DNA of 57,308 nucleotides, counting the filler, from Sphacelaria rigidula (Eukaryota): assembly GCA_964200075.2 (NCBI GenBank). It is 6 parts of 6 records of this genome, joined end to end, with 100 filler letters (N's around TTAATTAATTAA, not from the genome) between each part and the next. Parts side by side here need not be neighbours in the genome. Positions count along the whole stretch, not along the records: positions 1 to 9,469 come from CAXNAA020008423.1; positions 9,570 to 19,037 come from CAXNAA020008424.1; 4 more parts are not named here. One strand, 5' to 3'. This document shows positions 1-9,899 of this stretch, piece by piece (position 1 is the stretch's first letter; each line of letters begins with the position of its first letter). The notes under the pieces were generated by a model, which was not told where the DNA came from, did no database searches, and saw only the letters and a list, made by a program, of their open reading frames with translations. A program made the position numbers and the translations under genes.

Positions 1-196
1 CCATCACTGCCGACCGCACGGCCTCTGGTATATCCGCGGCGAACATCTTGGCGTTCATCTGACTGTTGACTTGTCGGGATGGCGGTGGCGATGGTTCAGC
101 ACCAGGCAGAAAGGCCGCCATGGGCAGTTGGCCGCTGCCGCTGCCGCTGCCGCTGCCGTTGCCACGGCTGCTGGCTAGCGGCGATGAAGTACTCAT
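1..196 (-). CDS. 5' end of a hypothetical ORF running off the contig edge (MSTSSPLASSRGNGSGSGSGSGQLPMAAFLPG...); possibly transposon-encoded
   Basis: ATG at 196 (minus), open to position 1, GC-rich codons, (GS)n tract; lies next to a subterminal-type repeat array. Confidence 0.5.
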   Translation of the reverse strand, partial: MSTSSPLASSRGNGSGSGSGSGQLPMAAFLPGAEPSPPPSRQVNSQMNAKMFAADIPEAVRSAVM

Positions 197-294
197 CGGG
201 ATGTAGGTGGTGTGTGTGAAAGCGCTGGAGAGTGCAGCTGGTGGGTGGTGGGTACGTTCGGTCATGTGATGTTGATGTACCATGTCAACGGCAT

Positions 295-1000
295 TTTCGG
301 ATATACGAGTATGACGCAACGCTGCATATCTAAAGATATCTACCACAGAATCTGGATTTTCAATCGTATCGGAATAAAAATATATGATACCTCTTGGATA
401 CCTATGTCTACCACACAAAGTTATCATAAGGATTAGGATATATATGATACCTGTCCGTGACAATCAGACTATCGGACATGTGGAAGTATCCGCAATCTCA
501 TATAGATATAATTCGTATCTTGCATCCTCGGTGTATTGTGCCGATATGTAGACATAGTTTGCGCAATGCAATTGCAATTGCAAAATCACCACCGATGACC
601 TTCCGCTGTGAAAAGTATTCCGATAGGGTTTGAAATATAAATAGTCCAAACGGGATTCAAACCGATAGGCATTGAGCGGCGCAATAGTTTTTCCGAAGCG
701 TCTATCGGAACTTATGGGTTTCTTCGATAGGCCATCCCTTCCTGGTGGGATACCCTATCTCCGTGCACAATACCTTGAAGAATTTATAATTGATACATAT
801 TCTGTGGAGCAATAGGTTGTCGAACTTGATGTCGATATGTATCTGGTCGAATAATAGGTACATGGAGAACCAATCCATACCTATGCCCGGTAACAGCAGC
901 TGCGAAATCTCGATATCGATAACTGTTAAAGGTACTAATAGGGACCCCTATTGGAATAGGATCCTACCGATACTCTATTACCCTATTGCCTATTATCCAG
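295..1000. repeat. AT-rich array of short GATATC/CTATC/GATAG motifs, likely a DNA-transposon subterminal region
   Basis: Dense recurrence of gatat/atatc/ctatc/gatag/aatagg motifs in both orientations; no convincing ORF. Confidence 0.5.
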
Positions 1001-1062
1001 GGTGTGGTGTATTGTTCGATGCGGTCCCCTATTGTAAGCACGCGGTCGACCCACACATTACA

Positions 1063-1467
1063 GGGACAACCGCGTGGATTTTGGATCGAATCGAAGTTGG
1101 AACAGCCCTATGGATAGGCTTAGGGTAAGTGTAATGCGTGAGAGGGCCGCGTGCTTAGAGGACCGCATCAGAATTTGAGCACCCCTATGGTTAGGGTTAG
1201 GGTTGGGGCTAGGGTTAATGTTGGGGTTAGGGTCAGGGGCGTGGTACCTGCAGGGACTGACCCGATTGGTTTTGATAAACGTCGATCCTGAGGTATTTTG
1301 AACTACGGCCCGGTCTTCTAAGCACGCGGTCCCCTCACGCATTACAGTAAGTGTTGGGGTTAATGTCAGGGGCGCGAGGGGCGCAAGGGGCCATGACAAA
1401 CGTCGATAGTGGCGTGTTCAAATTCCGATGCGGGCCACAAAGCACGCGGTCCTCTCACGTACTGCAC
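1063..1467 (+). mobile_element. Older, degenerate copy of the same MITE family, interrupted by the 1130-1346 copy
   Basis: 1063-1129 and 1347-1467 align collinearly with the MITE and end in AAGCACGCGGTCCTCTCACGTACTGCA. Confidence 0.65.
1130..1346 (+). mobile_element. MITE (217 bp) with ~36-bp TIRs TGTAATGCGTGAG...CTCACGCATTACA, internal TTAGGG-like repeats and 5-bp TSD GTAAG
   Basis: TIRs visible at both ends; GTAAG at 1125-1129 and 1347-1351; closely related copy at 20292-20502. Confidence 0.9.
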
Positions 1468-1655
1468 CATCAGCATCGCCCATAGCAGATGTACAGACTT
1501 TACTGCTGATATTTTCATCATGCTGCGGTTTCTGAAGCAGCTACTGTACTAAACAGTTGTTCAGGGGTGTGACACAGACTACAATGAATTCGCAACATAT
1601 GTAAAGGTATCGAATATCTTGCAGCAGGGAGTCGGAGTTTTTATCGCGAAGAAGG
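1441..1655 (+). repeat. Diverged direct repeat (MITE right TIR plus ~190 bp flank); second copy at ~2475-2675
   Basis: GCACGCGGTCCTCTCACG...CAGCATCG...TTGTTCAGGG...TATCTTGCA...GGAGTCGGAG in the same order in both. Confidence 0.7.
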
Positions 1656-2129
1656 TATCTTCCCCTTCTTACCCCGCTCTTAGAGACCCATCCATCAAAC
1701 AGCGGAGTGGCGTACGGGGTGAGTTTGTGAGTGAAGTGAGGGCCAGACGAGCTGCCCGAGCTCCATGATCAGCAACAACACTGTGGCGTCGAGGTTACCT
1801 CTACGCAGTTTTCATTTCCAGGCCCGTGTCCGTTCGGAGACGATTTCACCACATATTTTTCAAACTCCGATGAAACCCTGCTGCACCCCATCAACTTCGC
1901 GATTGCCGTACAAGAAATGGCGAAATCGTTATATTACTCTTGGAAGAGTATGTTGCAGTAAACACCTCAAGGAACAATGTGTGTCACGATCGGGCAAAGG
2001 CCATACGCTGCTCTGCGGCTGCCGAGTTTCTCGGGTATCAACGTCGAACGTCAAGCTCTATCGGAAACAGTACAAGAGTTTCAAACAGCTAAAACGACCA
2101 ACGAACGTCGGCATTTTGCTTACCACTGC

Positions 2130-2450
2130 GTCGAGATTCGAACTCGTGACCTTCATAACTAAAGTCTCCTATAACATTTGGTTCGAAGGATCCACGCGGT
2201 GTCACACAAAAACTGCCGTGCTACGCCCACTTTGAGGTAGCTTTGGCCGAAATTGCACCTGAATAATCTCCTGCACACAAGTACTCACAACACCCCGAGG
2301 GATGCCGACGATTTTGTTTATTTTTACAGAGTCAAAGTGTTTTTCCAGTTTTTGCAGAACCTTGATGTCGTTTTACCTTTCTGTACTTGCGTGTCGATGA
2401 TTAAAGTGTCGTGACGAAATTTCAGCGCCCAACTTCTCGAATTACCTACA
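2130..2450. repeat. Dispersed repeat with a tRNA B-box-like motif (GATTCGAACTCGTGACC); related copy at ~12895-13230
   Basis: Shared GATTCGAACTCGTGACCT, CTGCAC(A/G)CA and AAATTTCAGC motifs with similar spacing in contigs 1 and 2. Confidence 0.5.
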
Positions 2451-2701
2451 GCCGGGTCAGGAAACATTCAAAACGCACGCGGTCCTCTCACGCACTACAC
2501 CAGCAGCATCGAACACAGCAGACGCACAGCCTTTTCACTGCGAATGTTTCCACCATGCTGTCGTTTAGCTGCTACATAGTTGTTCAGGGTGCGATATGGA
2601 CTACAAGAAGTTCACAAGTCATATGGAGGTAGCAAGTATCTTGCACGGCACGGAGTCGGAGCTTCGATTGCGATAAATAAAAGTTCACGTTTCCTCGCCC
2701 C

Positions 2702-2848
2702 TGTAATGCATGAGAAGAACGCGTGCTTAGGGATCGCATCGGAATTGAAACACCCGTATGTGTGGTTAGGGTTAGGGTTAGAGTTGGGGTTGAGGTTACG
2801 GTGAGGGGCGTGGTACCTGCAGAGACTGGCTCGATTGGATTCGAAAAA
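2702..2848 (+). mobile_element. Truncated 5' half of the TTAGGG-containing MITE
   Basis: TGTAATGCATGAGAAGAACGCGTGCTTAG...GGTTAGGGTTAGGGTTAG...GGGGCGTGGTACCTGCAG matches 1130-1275. Confidence 0.8.
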
Positions 2849-3177
2849 AGCTCGATTCTGTGTTAGGGAAGAATGGATGTTTTGTGCAGAAGCGGGAAGA
2901 ATTTTCCCAGATGGTTACAGTGGTTGTAGTATCTACAAGTCATTTCAGAACACATTGACATGCAAGATTGCCTGTGTGATGAACCAAGTGAGTCAGTTCA
3001 GTGTGGGAGAAGCAGTAAAGTACAAGGGCAAGTGCATCCCCGATGAAGTGACAATAATGGTGTCTGGGTTGAAGTCGAGGTTTACGAGATCCGGGTGACG
3101 GGTGTGGTGCGACCATCAGTTGGTGACAGCATCGCGAATCGATGTTGTCTGAGAATCGATGTTGTCTGAGATTTTCA
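2845..3177 (+). repeat. ~320-bp near-identical direct repeat of 8153-8467 (retrotransposon segment just downstream of the PBS)
   Basis: Directly alignable; ORF-track entries 2835..3098 and 8185..8460 give almost identical peptides. Confidence 0.9.
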
Positions 3178-4727
3178 CAAGCGGCGTCACAAAGTCACTA
3201 AATCAGGAAGACATCACCGAATCACGAAATCAGGCCCCCGGGGCGGGCGGACACGGCAAACACAAGGTTAGGGGGAGAGAGTCGACACATCCCCAAGTCT
3301 ACCCTCCTATATGGATCCCGCATCTACATTCATGGAGTTGATACACGAAGATAGTTCTGCGCCAGTTCCAGGCGTTGATAGTTCTTTGCCAGCAAGGCGG
3401 ATCGTGTCGAGTTGAACCGAGCTTACAGCAGTGGGCCTTTGATACCTCGGACAGTAGCGTTGGATGAGCAGGTTGTTGAATTGAAGGTTTTTTGGACAAC
3501 GTGGGCAGCCGCGTCATCGGACCGAGATCGATACCAATGTAGGTATAGAAATATTGGCGATGCAGTGATACAGCTCGCGAACAACGAGGCGGCTTGTCTG
3601 GTGAAGAACGTGTTGAACCGAGGAGTGTTGAACCGGCTGGCCTCCCAGCGCTGGCTCTATTACACCAGCGGCTACAGCAGGTCGCATATATCTGATGATG
3701 TGGCACCGGCGTAGCTACGCCGTCCGGCCGCGGTGCCGTCGAGCAGGCCGGCTGCACGATAAGAGTAGCCTGGCGCGCTAGCCGGGCGCTAACGCGGCAC
3801 GACGAATTTGCAGGTCCAGGACGACAGGGCAAATTTGCAGGCGTTGGTTGGGATGATAATGGACACTGCAAGTCCGGTTCGCCGGTCGTACCGCTCTCGT
3901 TCCTGCTGGAGGTGGCGCGTGGCGCTGAGGGGCGGCAGCAAAGGCAATCGCCACAACAATGAGCTGCTGCTGCCTGGTTCTATGGCTCGCCAGTATTCTG
4001 GTATGTTGGATGTACGTGTCGATGGTGGTTTCGGCATTGCCGGGGTGTTAAAAAAAGTATGGAAAGACAACTGCGTATCCTGACTGTGGAATACCGGCCG
4101 TCCCGCACCTCACCAGGCTACCTTGTTGCCTACGTATGACAGTGATGTTGGTGATGTTGGGATGATTATCACCCGTGAAGGAAAGGACGTCTTTGGGTCT
4201 CAGGTGGATGTGCAAAGCACCCGTCCGTAGTTCCGCGGCTGGAGGAGGTTTCCTCGAATTTGTATGTTAGTGTGTGTGTCACAACGGGGGGTACCCATTG
4301 ATGTCATAGCACGTGAGAATTCGGCCCATGCATTAGGGTGCGTGGATCATATGATGGCGTGTGCGCCTGAATGAGGCATTCGTGCTGGCGTTTGACGTGA
4401 GGCGGGTCTTGGATATTACAAATTTCTGTGTCTCCACATTGAGGGTTGTAGTGCACCATGTATTTCGTATCATTTTTGATCGCACCTTTCCCCTGGTTCA
4501 TCGCCGCACACGAGTGTTGACGCGGACCCCGAATCACTACAGGAACTACCTTGTGAGACAGGCGGGTATTGTACTAAGTCCTGCTACTTATTGTGTCCTT
4601 GCTGTAAAATTTGGCCCCTCAGCGCGCACTGTGATTAGTATACTGTACTCGATGTCAAACGAGCGTTTTCGCCAGGTGCTGTGGACTCGGCACGCGCCGC
4701 GTATTCCGGCTGTGCATTCGGGGATAT

Positions 4728-4842
4728 GGCTGTAGCTACCTGTGTTTGGAATTCGGGTGGCGCAGCTGTTTCAGTCTCTTCTGTGGCTGTGGCTACCTGT
4801 GTTTAGAATTCGGGTGGCGCAGCTATTCAGGTCTCCTCTGTT
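4728..4842 (+). repeat. Two tandem copies of a ~57-bp unit
   Basis: GGCTGT(A/G)GCTACCTGTGTTT(G/A)GAATTCGGGTGGCGCAGCT occurs twice. Confidence 0.8.
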
Positions 4843-4888
4843 ATTCTGTCCTACCTTTTCTCGGGTACATCTATCATGTAACCGCCAT

Positions 4889-5040
4889 TGGATCCTTGGG
4901 GGGTCGGTTAATTTACGGCTATCAAATCAAATCGAATCAAATCTTGGGGGGTCGGTTCATTTGCGGCAATCAAATCAAACCAAATCAAATCAAATCTTGG
5001 GGGGTGGTTTAATTTTGCGGCAATCGAACCAAATCAAATC
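4889..5040 (+). repeat. Three tandem copies of a LINE/SINE 3'-end motif (CTTGGGGGGT...TTAA...) each followed by (AAATC)n
   Basis: Related to GGACCCTTGGGGGGTCAGTTAAAGTGCAAC(AATC)n at 53558-53622 (-), ~37560-37604 (-) and ~31493-31530 (+). Confidence 0.65.
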
Positions 5041-5631
5041 AGCTGGCAGCAGTCCTGGACTTCACGGCTTGATGACGGCTGCCTTCTAATATTCGTACAC
5101 CAATATCCCCTTCATTTTTCCGCGCATGCGGTGACAGACATCGGCCGCCGTGCAGCTCAGTCTGTCAAAATAGCACGGCGGCGACAGGGGCGCATGCCAC
5201 TCTATCCGTGAGCGGTAAGGCAGTTCCAGGAGGGTGGCAGCAGGATTGGTCATCTCTCTTGCATGTGCATCTATGTTGGTGACGGTATACTGGTGAAAGT
5301 TTTTTCTTCCCAGACGGCCAATCATCTTTGGGGCGAGACCCTGATTTTGTGGTCATGTTCGTTTTCTGAGCGAGCCTTGTTTGATGCCAAAAGAATAACG
5401 TCGGCCTTGGATACAATACACGATTGTAAATACTGGTTTTGATGATTGATCTTGACACCCTCGCTATTTCGCATTCAGAGGCAATCAGCAACACATTTCA
5501 AAGGCATGGTTGCAGTGGCCTCGAGGACGCAAGGGTGTATCAGAGGGAGACATTTCGTCGTTGACTGGTTTTCTGCTGCACGTCTCGTTTATTTCACGTC
5601 CGGGGAAGCCCTTTGTTTACCGCATGCTCGC

Positions 5632-6215
5632 CTCGGCTGGGGTGCGCCGCGGCTCCCCGTCCAGTGTTGTGACGGGGGATGATTTTCGAAGAGGGCGGCG
5701 ACGATGTCGCGGGTGGTGGTATTGGGCCCGCATCGACTGGGGTGCGCCGCCCCTCCCCGTTCCGTGTTGTGTCGGGGGATTGTTTCAAAGAGGGCGGCGA
5801 CGATGTCGCGGGTGGTGGTGTTTAGCCCGAATCGGCTGGGGTGCGCCGCCCCTCCCCGTCTCCTGTTGTCACAGGGGATGTTCGTCAAGAGGGCGGCGAC
5901 GAAGTCGCGAGTGATGATAATGGGCCCGAAATTTCATGATGAGTTAGACGTGCGGCGTTGGCTGGTTGACGATGGATTGTCGCTGTATAGAGCAGCATCA
6001 TCGTAATCCTCGGTGTATATATCCTCGTCTCGAGTTGTGACGAGGGATGCCTAAAAACAAAGAGAAGCAAGAAAGAAAAGGGTGCCGAAGATGGCGCGGG
6101 TGGTGGTATTGAGCCCGGAGTGTCATGATGATCTAGACGAGTGGCGTTGGTGGTGGTATTGAGCCCGGCGGTTCACGGTGATCTAGCGTGTGGCGTTGCG
6201 TCGTTGACTATGGAT
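5632..6215 (+). repeat. GC-rich minisatellite, ~99-100-bp unit, three copies plus decayed partial copies
   Basis: GGTGCGCCGC recurs at 5641, 5741 and 5840; GAGGGCGGCGACGA and GGTGGTGGTATTG(A/G)GCCCG recur. Confidence 0.85.
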
Positions 6216-9200
6216 TGTCACGGCATGGAACAGCAATAACATCCCTGGTATAACGGTTGGTGTTGCACCCGCCCATGTTGCCCTTGCCTTTGGATGCGTC
6301 GGACGCAGCTGTCAGGGGCTATTGTTTGCCGTCGGGTATGTGGCGGCGGTGTGACTTTACCGCTGAGGAAAAGTCCCATGTTGAAGGTTCTACTGTGCAC
6401 TGGGATGATGATATTCGACCAATGTAATGGAACGATTGCGTACGGTAATGTCGACGCCAGTAACATTCCTTCTGTGCCGGAGACGTCCACGGTTACGTGC
6501 TGATTGCGTGCGGTTGTAAGGGGACAACTCGTACGCCGTAATGTGGGTATGAATAAATGCAGAGCGGTAAAGAGTCGCGTTCGGGTGCTGTGATATGCAT
6601 GCTTGGTGTGCTGGAAATCGACTTGGGCTTGGTGTTGAGACGAAGCATGTCCCAGGAAGTTCAATGATGCGACTGAAGAAATTGTGGTGGCCCATGGATG
6701 GTGTTTCCGCTAACATTTCGTCCCTCTGTCCCGGTATTCAATGGCATATGCAGGACACCAGGACAGAGAGGAGGCATCCGTGTTCAGGCTTTTGGACTCG
6801 GGCTCGTCCAAAATGCCATTGCGCGGTCGTCTGCGAGAACGTACTAGGGATATTCGTTCATTGAAAATACGTTGATGGAATTGAAACATGAGCGCGTTGT
6901 GATGAGAACATAGCAACGTGTTTGGCGGCCGCTTCATTGTCGGTGCTGTTGGATGGGGAACATTCGCCCCTTGCGTCGGGCCCGGGTGGTCACGTGTTGT
7001 AGTTGTGTATCTGTGCCTCATTTTCCTTTCGACGAGATCACACGGGATGTGTACCCATCCTGTTTCGTTCCCATCACGCGGTAAGCTTGTGCGTAGCACG
7101 CAGTAAACTTGTGCGTTGAAGTGACTTGGCATTTTATGGGGGAAAGACGCAGTTGCGTCGATGTGTTCGGAACAACGGGGGACTGCTGCCGAGATAGCAC
7201 CCCCCCAAAACCGGCCAAAAATGTGCACGGGGGCGATGATCATAAATGCCGTTAGAACTGGTTTCGTGTTCCACGACGCGACTTATTTGGGCGTTATAGC
7301 TGATTTCGGACTGCTACAAGCCTTTCATGTGGGCGGCATTGCTGCAAATAAGCCCATTAGTGGGATCGCAGCCGGTTTGTCGGACGTCTCCTCTGCCGTG
7401 CACTTTTTGTGGGGGGGCTATCTCGGCATCAGTCGGGGGAATTCTGATATGGACTCGGTATGATGCGGTGACTATGTTGCGGCAAGTGGCGATGTTGGCT
7501 GGGCTAACGCCTGCAGAGTTGTGCATTGGTGGCACCACACACTTGTCTGCAGCAGGAATGACCTTAAGGATGTTGCAAGATAAGGTGCGAGTAAATGCTA
7601 TTTGCGGTTTGGGGTCAGAAGCTTTCGCCGATCGGCGTAGAAGCGGGATCAGCAGCCTGGTCAGGGCACGGATTAGAGGGACGAGTAGAGACCTCATTGA
7701 GGAAAGGCGGCTCATGACGCCAAGTTACATGATGGATGCTGCACCAAAATAGTGGCAATGAAAGAGATACAGTAATATATAGTAAATTAATGGATAAGTG
7801 AAGAGTAGTACAGTCATGTGTCAACGAAGAGGATTGGATGCCGGAATCGGAGCCGAGACTACGTTGTCGGTCACGTGTGCACGGAAGTGTGTTGCCCCTA
7901 CGGAATGGATTGCATTGGTGTGGCGGGGGAGAGCGTAGGGGAAACATGTTGTATCCGCGCGTCGGCTTGGGTTCTTGTGGAGGCTGGTGCGACTGCGCTC
8001 AGTACAATCTCCAGATGGGAGCCAACGGTCGGATACGTGAGGAGCCACACTGTTATAGAACGGGTGGTTCATGAGGTTTTCCCTACCGACCCCCCACAAG
8101 CTGGGCTGGGGGCGGGAGTGCATAATGTGACAAAATTCGAAAGCAACTGCGCAAAAGGCTCGATTCTGCGTTAGGGAAGAATGGATGTTTTGTGCAGAAG
8201 CGGGAAGAATTTTCCCAGATGGTTATAGTGGTTGCAGTATCTACGAGTCATTTCAGAACACATTGACATGCAAGATTGCCTGTGCGATTAACCAAATGAG
8301 TCAGTCCAGTGTGGGAGAAGCAGTAAAGTACAAGGGCAAGTGCATCCCCGATGAAGTGACAATAATGGTGTCTGGGTTGAAGTCGAGGTTTACGAGATTC
8401 GGGAGACGGGTGTGGTGCGACCATCAGTTGGTGACAGCATCGCGAATCGATGTTGTCTGAGATTTTCCCCTCCCACCCGTCCCATTGGCGCCACTGTTGA
8501 GGGTTTTTTCCTGGGAATCGAGTTTTTCCTCACAGAGGTTTTTCCGAGGGCTAGGTTTTCCCGCAGCAGTGTTGAGAGTATGAAATTATTTTCCGAACAC
8601 CTTTCTGACCACCCGCCCGATGCTTTCGACGGAGGAAGTGGCGCAGAAGACGCTGCTCGATGGCGGGGTCCAGCAGGCGTGTGATATGTGATGAGGAAGG
8701 CCTGCCCCCTGCGGTGGACTGTCCGGTTTTCCTTCATTCTGTGAAGCGGACACGCAGGGGATCGTGAGCACGCGATCGTGAGGGAATTCATCCAATTTTT
8801 AGTCGCAGGCGCGGTCCCAGAGCTATACGCGTAGCGAGACCGGAGCAGGCCGTAGGTCCACAGAACGATGGTACCCCTTCGTTTGCCGGCACAAGTTGTC
8901 GCCGGTGTTCCAGTGAGGGAAAGTGTGGGATGCGTGTATTTTTACCTTGTGTGGTACACGTCGGTGGGGTTCTTGTCGGCAGGACGTTGGCTAGCGGTGT
9001 GTGTACACCACAAAATGGGTGCACACGCAGGCTGGTGGGGAGATTTGCGTTGATATGATGTGATATGATGTGACTGCAGGACGTAGTCATGATCTTGGGC
9101 AAAGGTGACATTGAATTATGGACATTTTCATATTCAAATAGCGGAAGATTGGCTGCCCCTTGGGTTGACGTTCTACGGAGAGCATGTGTTTGAATTCGAA

Positions 9201-9469
9201 AAAAAGAGGTAGTGACCCAACCACGGCATGTATTGAAGAGCTCGGCGCTTGGATTTTATGGTATGACCTCAGTCTATGATGATGAGGGGGCGGCGAAACA
9301 CGTTTGAAGCTGTATGCAGTTCCAACGAGCGTCACTCTCTTCTCATTTCCGGTTTTTGGCTGCGATTCAACACTTTCCCCATTGGAGTATCTACAAACCG
9401 CGAGAAAGTGAGTCCCAGAAATGAGAGCAGTAGTCGGGCTGCTGTTTTGTCTGGTGTGTTTTATTGATT

Positions 9470-9569
9470 NNNNNNNNNNNNNNNNNNNNNNNNNNNNNNN
9501 NNNNNNNNNNNNNTTAATTAATTAANNNNNNNNNNNNNNNNNNNNNNNNNNNNNNNNNNNNNNNNNNNN
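9470..9569. other. Artificial contig linker (44 N + TTAATTAATTAA + 44 N)
   Basis: Six-frame-stop spacer flanked by N runs; identical at five positions spaced 9568 bp apart. Confidence 0.98.
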
Positions 9570-9899
9570 AGGATATCTGACACACTTATGAGCCTCTTTT
9601 TTCGTGCAACCAAATAAATACCCCCCCCCCTATCGTAGGATGACTCCAACAACATCCGGCCTCAAACCGCCAACGCACGTCCAGACAGATTACCAAAACA
9701 AAATGAAAATGAGAAGAGAGACGCCGCGAAAACCGGTGAGAAGTAGCTCCCACGAGTCTCGGACTTTTTCCCCCCAAACTGGCAGGGGTCGGCAAGCACA
9801 GATTTTTGCGCACGAAAAATTGTTCACCGGCCAATCTCGAAACCTCGGAGCCAAGCGAATCTGAAAAGTAGACCAGGCTCCTCTCTGTGGGGTGATCGA

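Larger units (their letters stand above)
3178..8900 (-). mobile_element. Highly degenerate Ty3/gypsy LTR retrotransposon
   Basis: Minus strand shows: LTR end ...CCCTCAACA (8495) then PBS-like TGGCGCCAATGGG; RT-like relics ADDRAMAFWTS..*TRMPP (~6770-6835) and LNFLGH (~6650); chromo-like CHRMRGKMKGILVYEY (~5090-5135); PPT-like AGGAGGGTAGACTTGGGGA (~3290-3308) then TGTGTCGAC. Many stops and frameshifts; outer boundary of the 5' LTR uncertain. Confidence 0.65.

Noticed and set aside
1188..1240. True telomere or chromosome end
   Set aside because: Only a few degenerate TTAGGG units, enclosed by MITE TIRs and repeated at other internal sites.
1058..1399. Conserved small protein MRE.TACLEDRAVVQ... 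(also 20235..20498, 22475..22684)
   Set aside because: Chance translation of the non-coding MITE; the similarity is at DNA level.
9514..9525. TTAATTAATTAA recurring every 9568 bp as a biological periodic signal
   Set aside because: Always embedded in N runs; an artificial six-frame-stop linker between size-sorted contigs.
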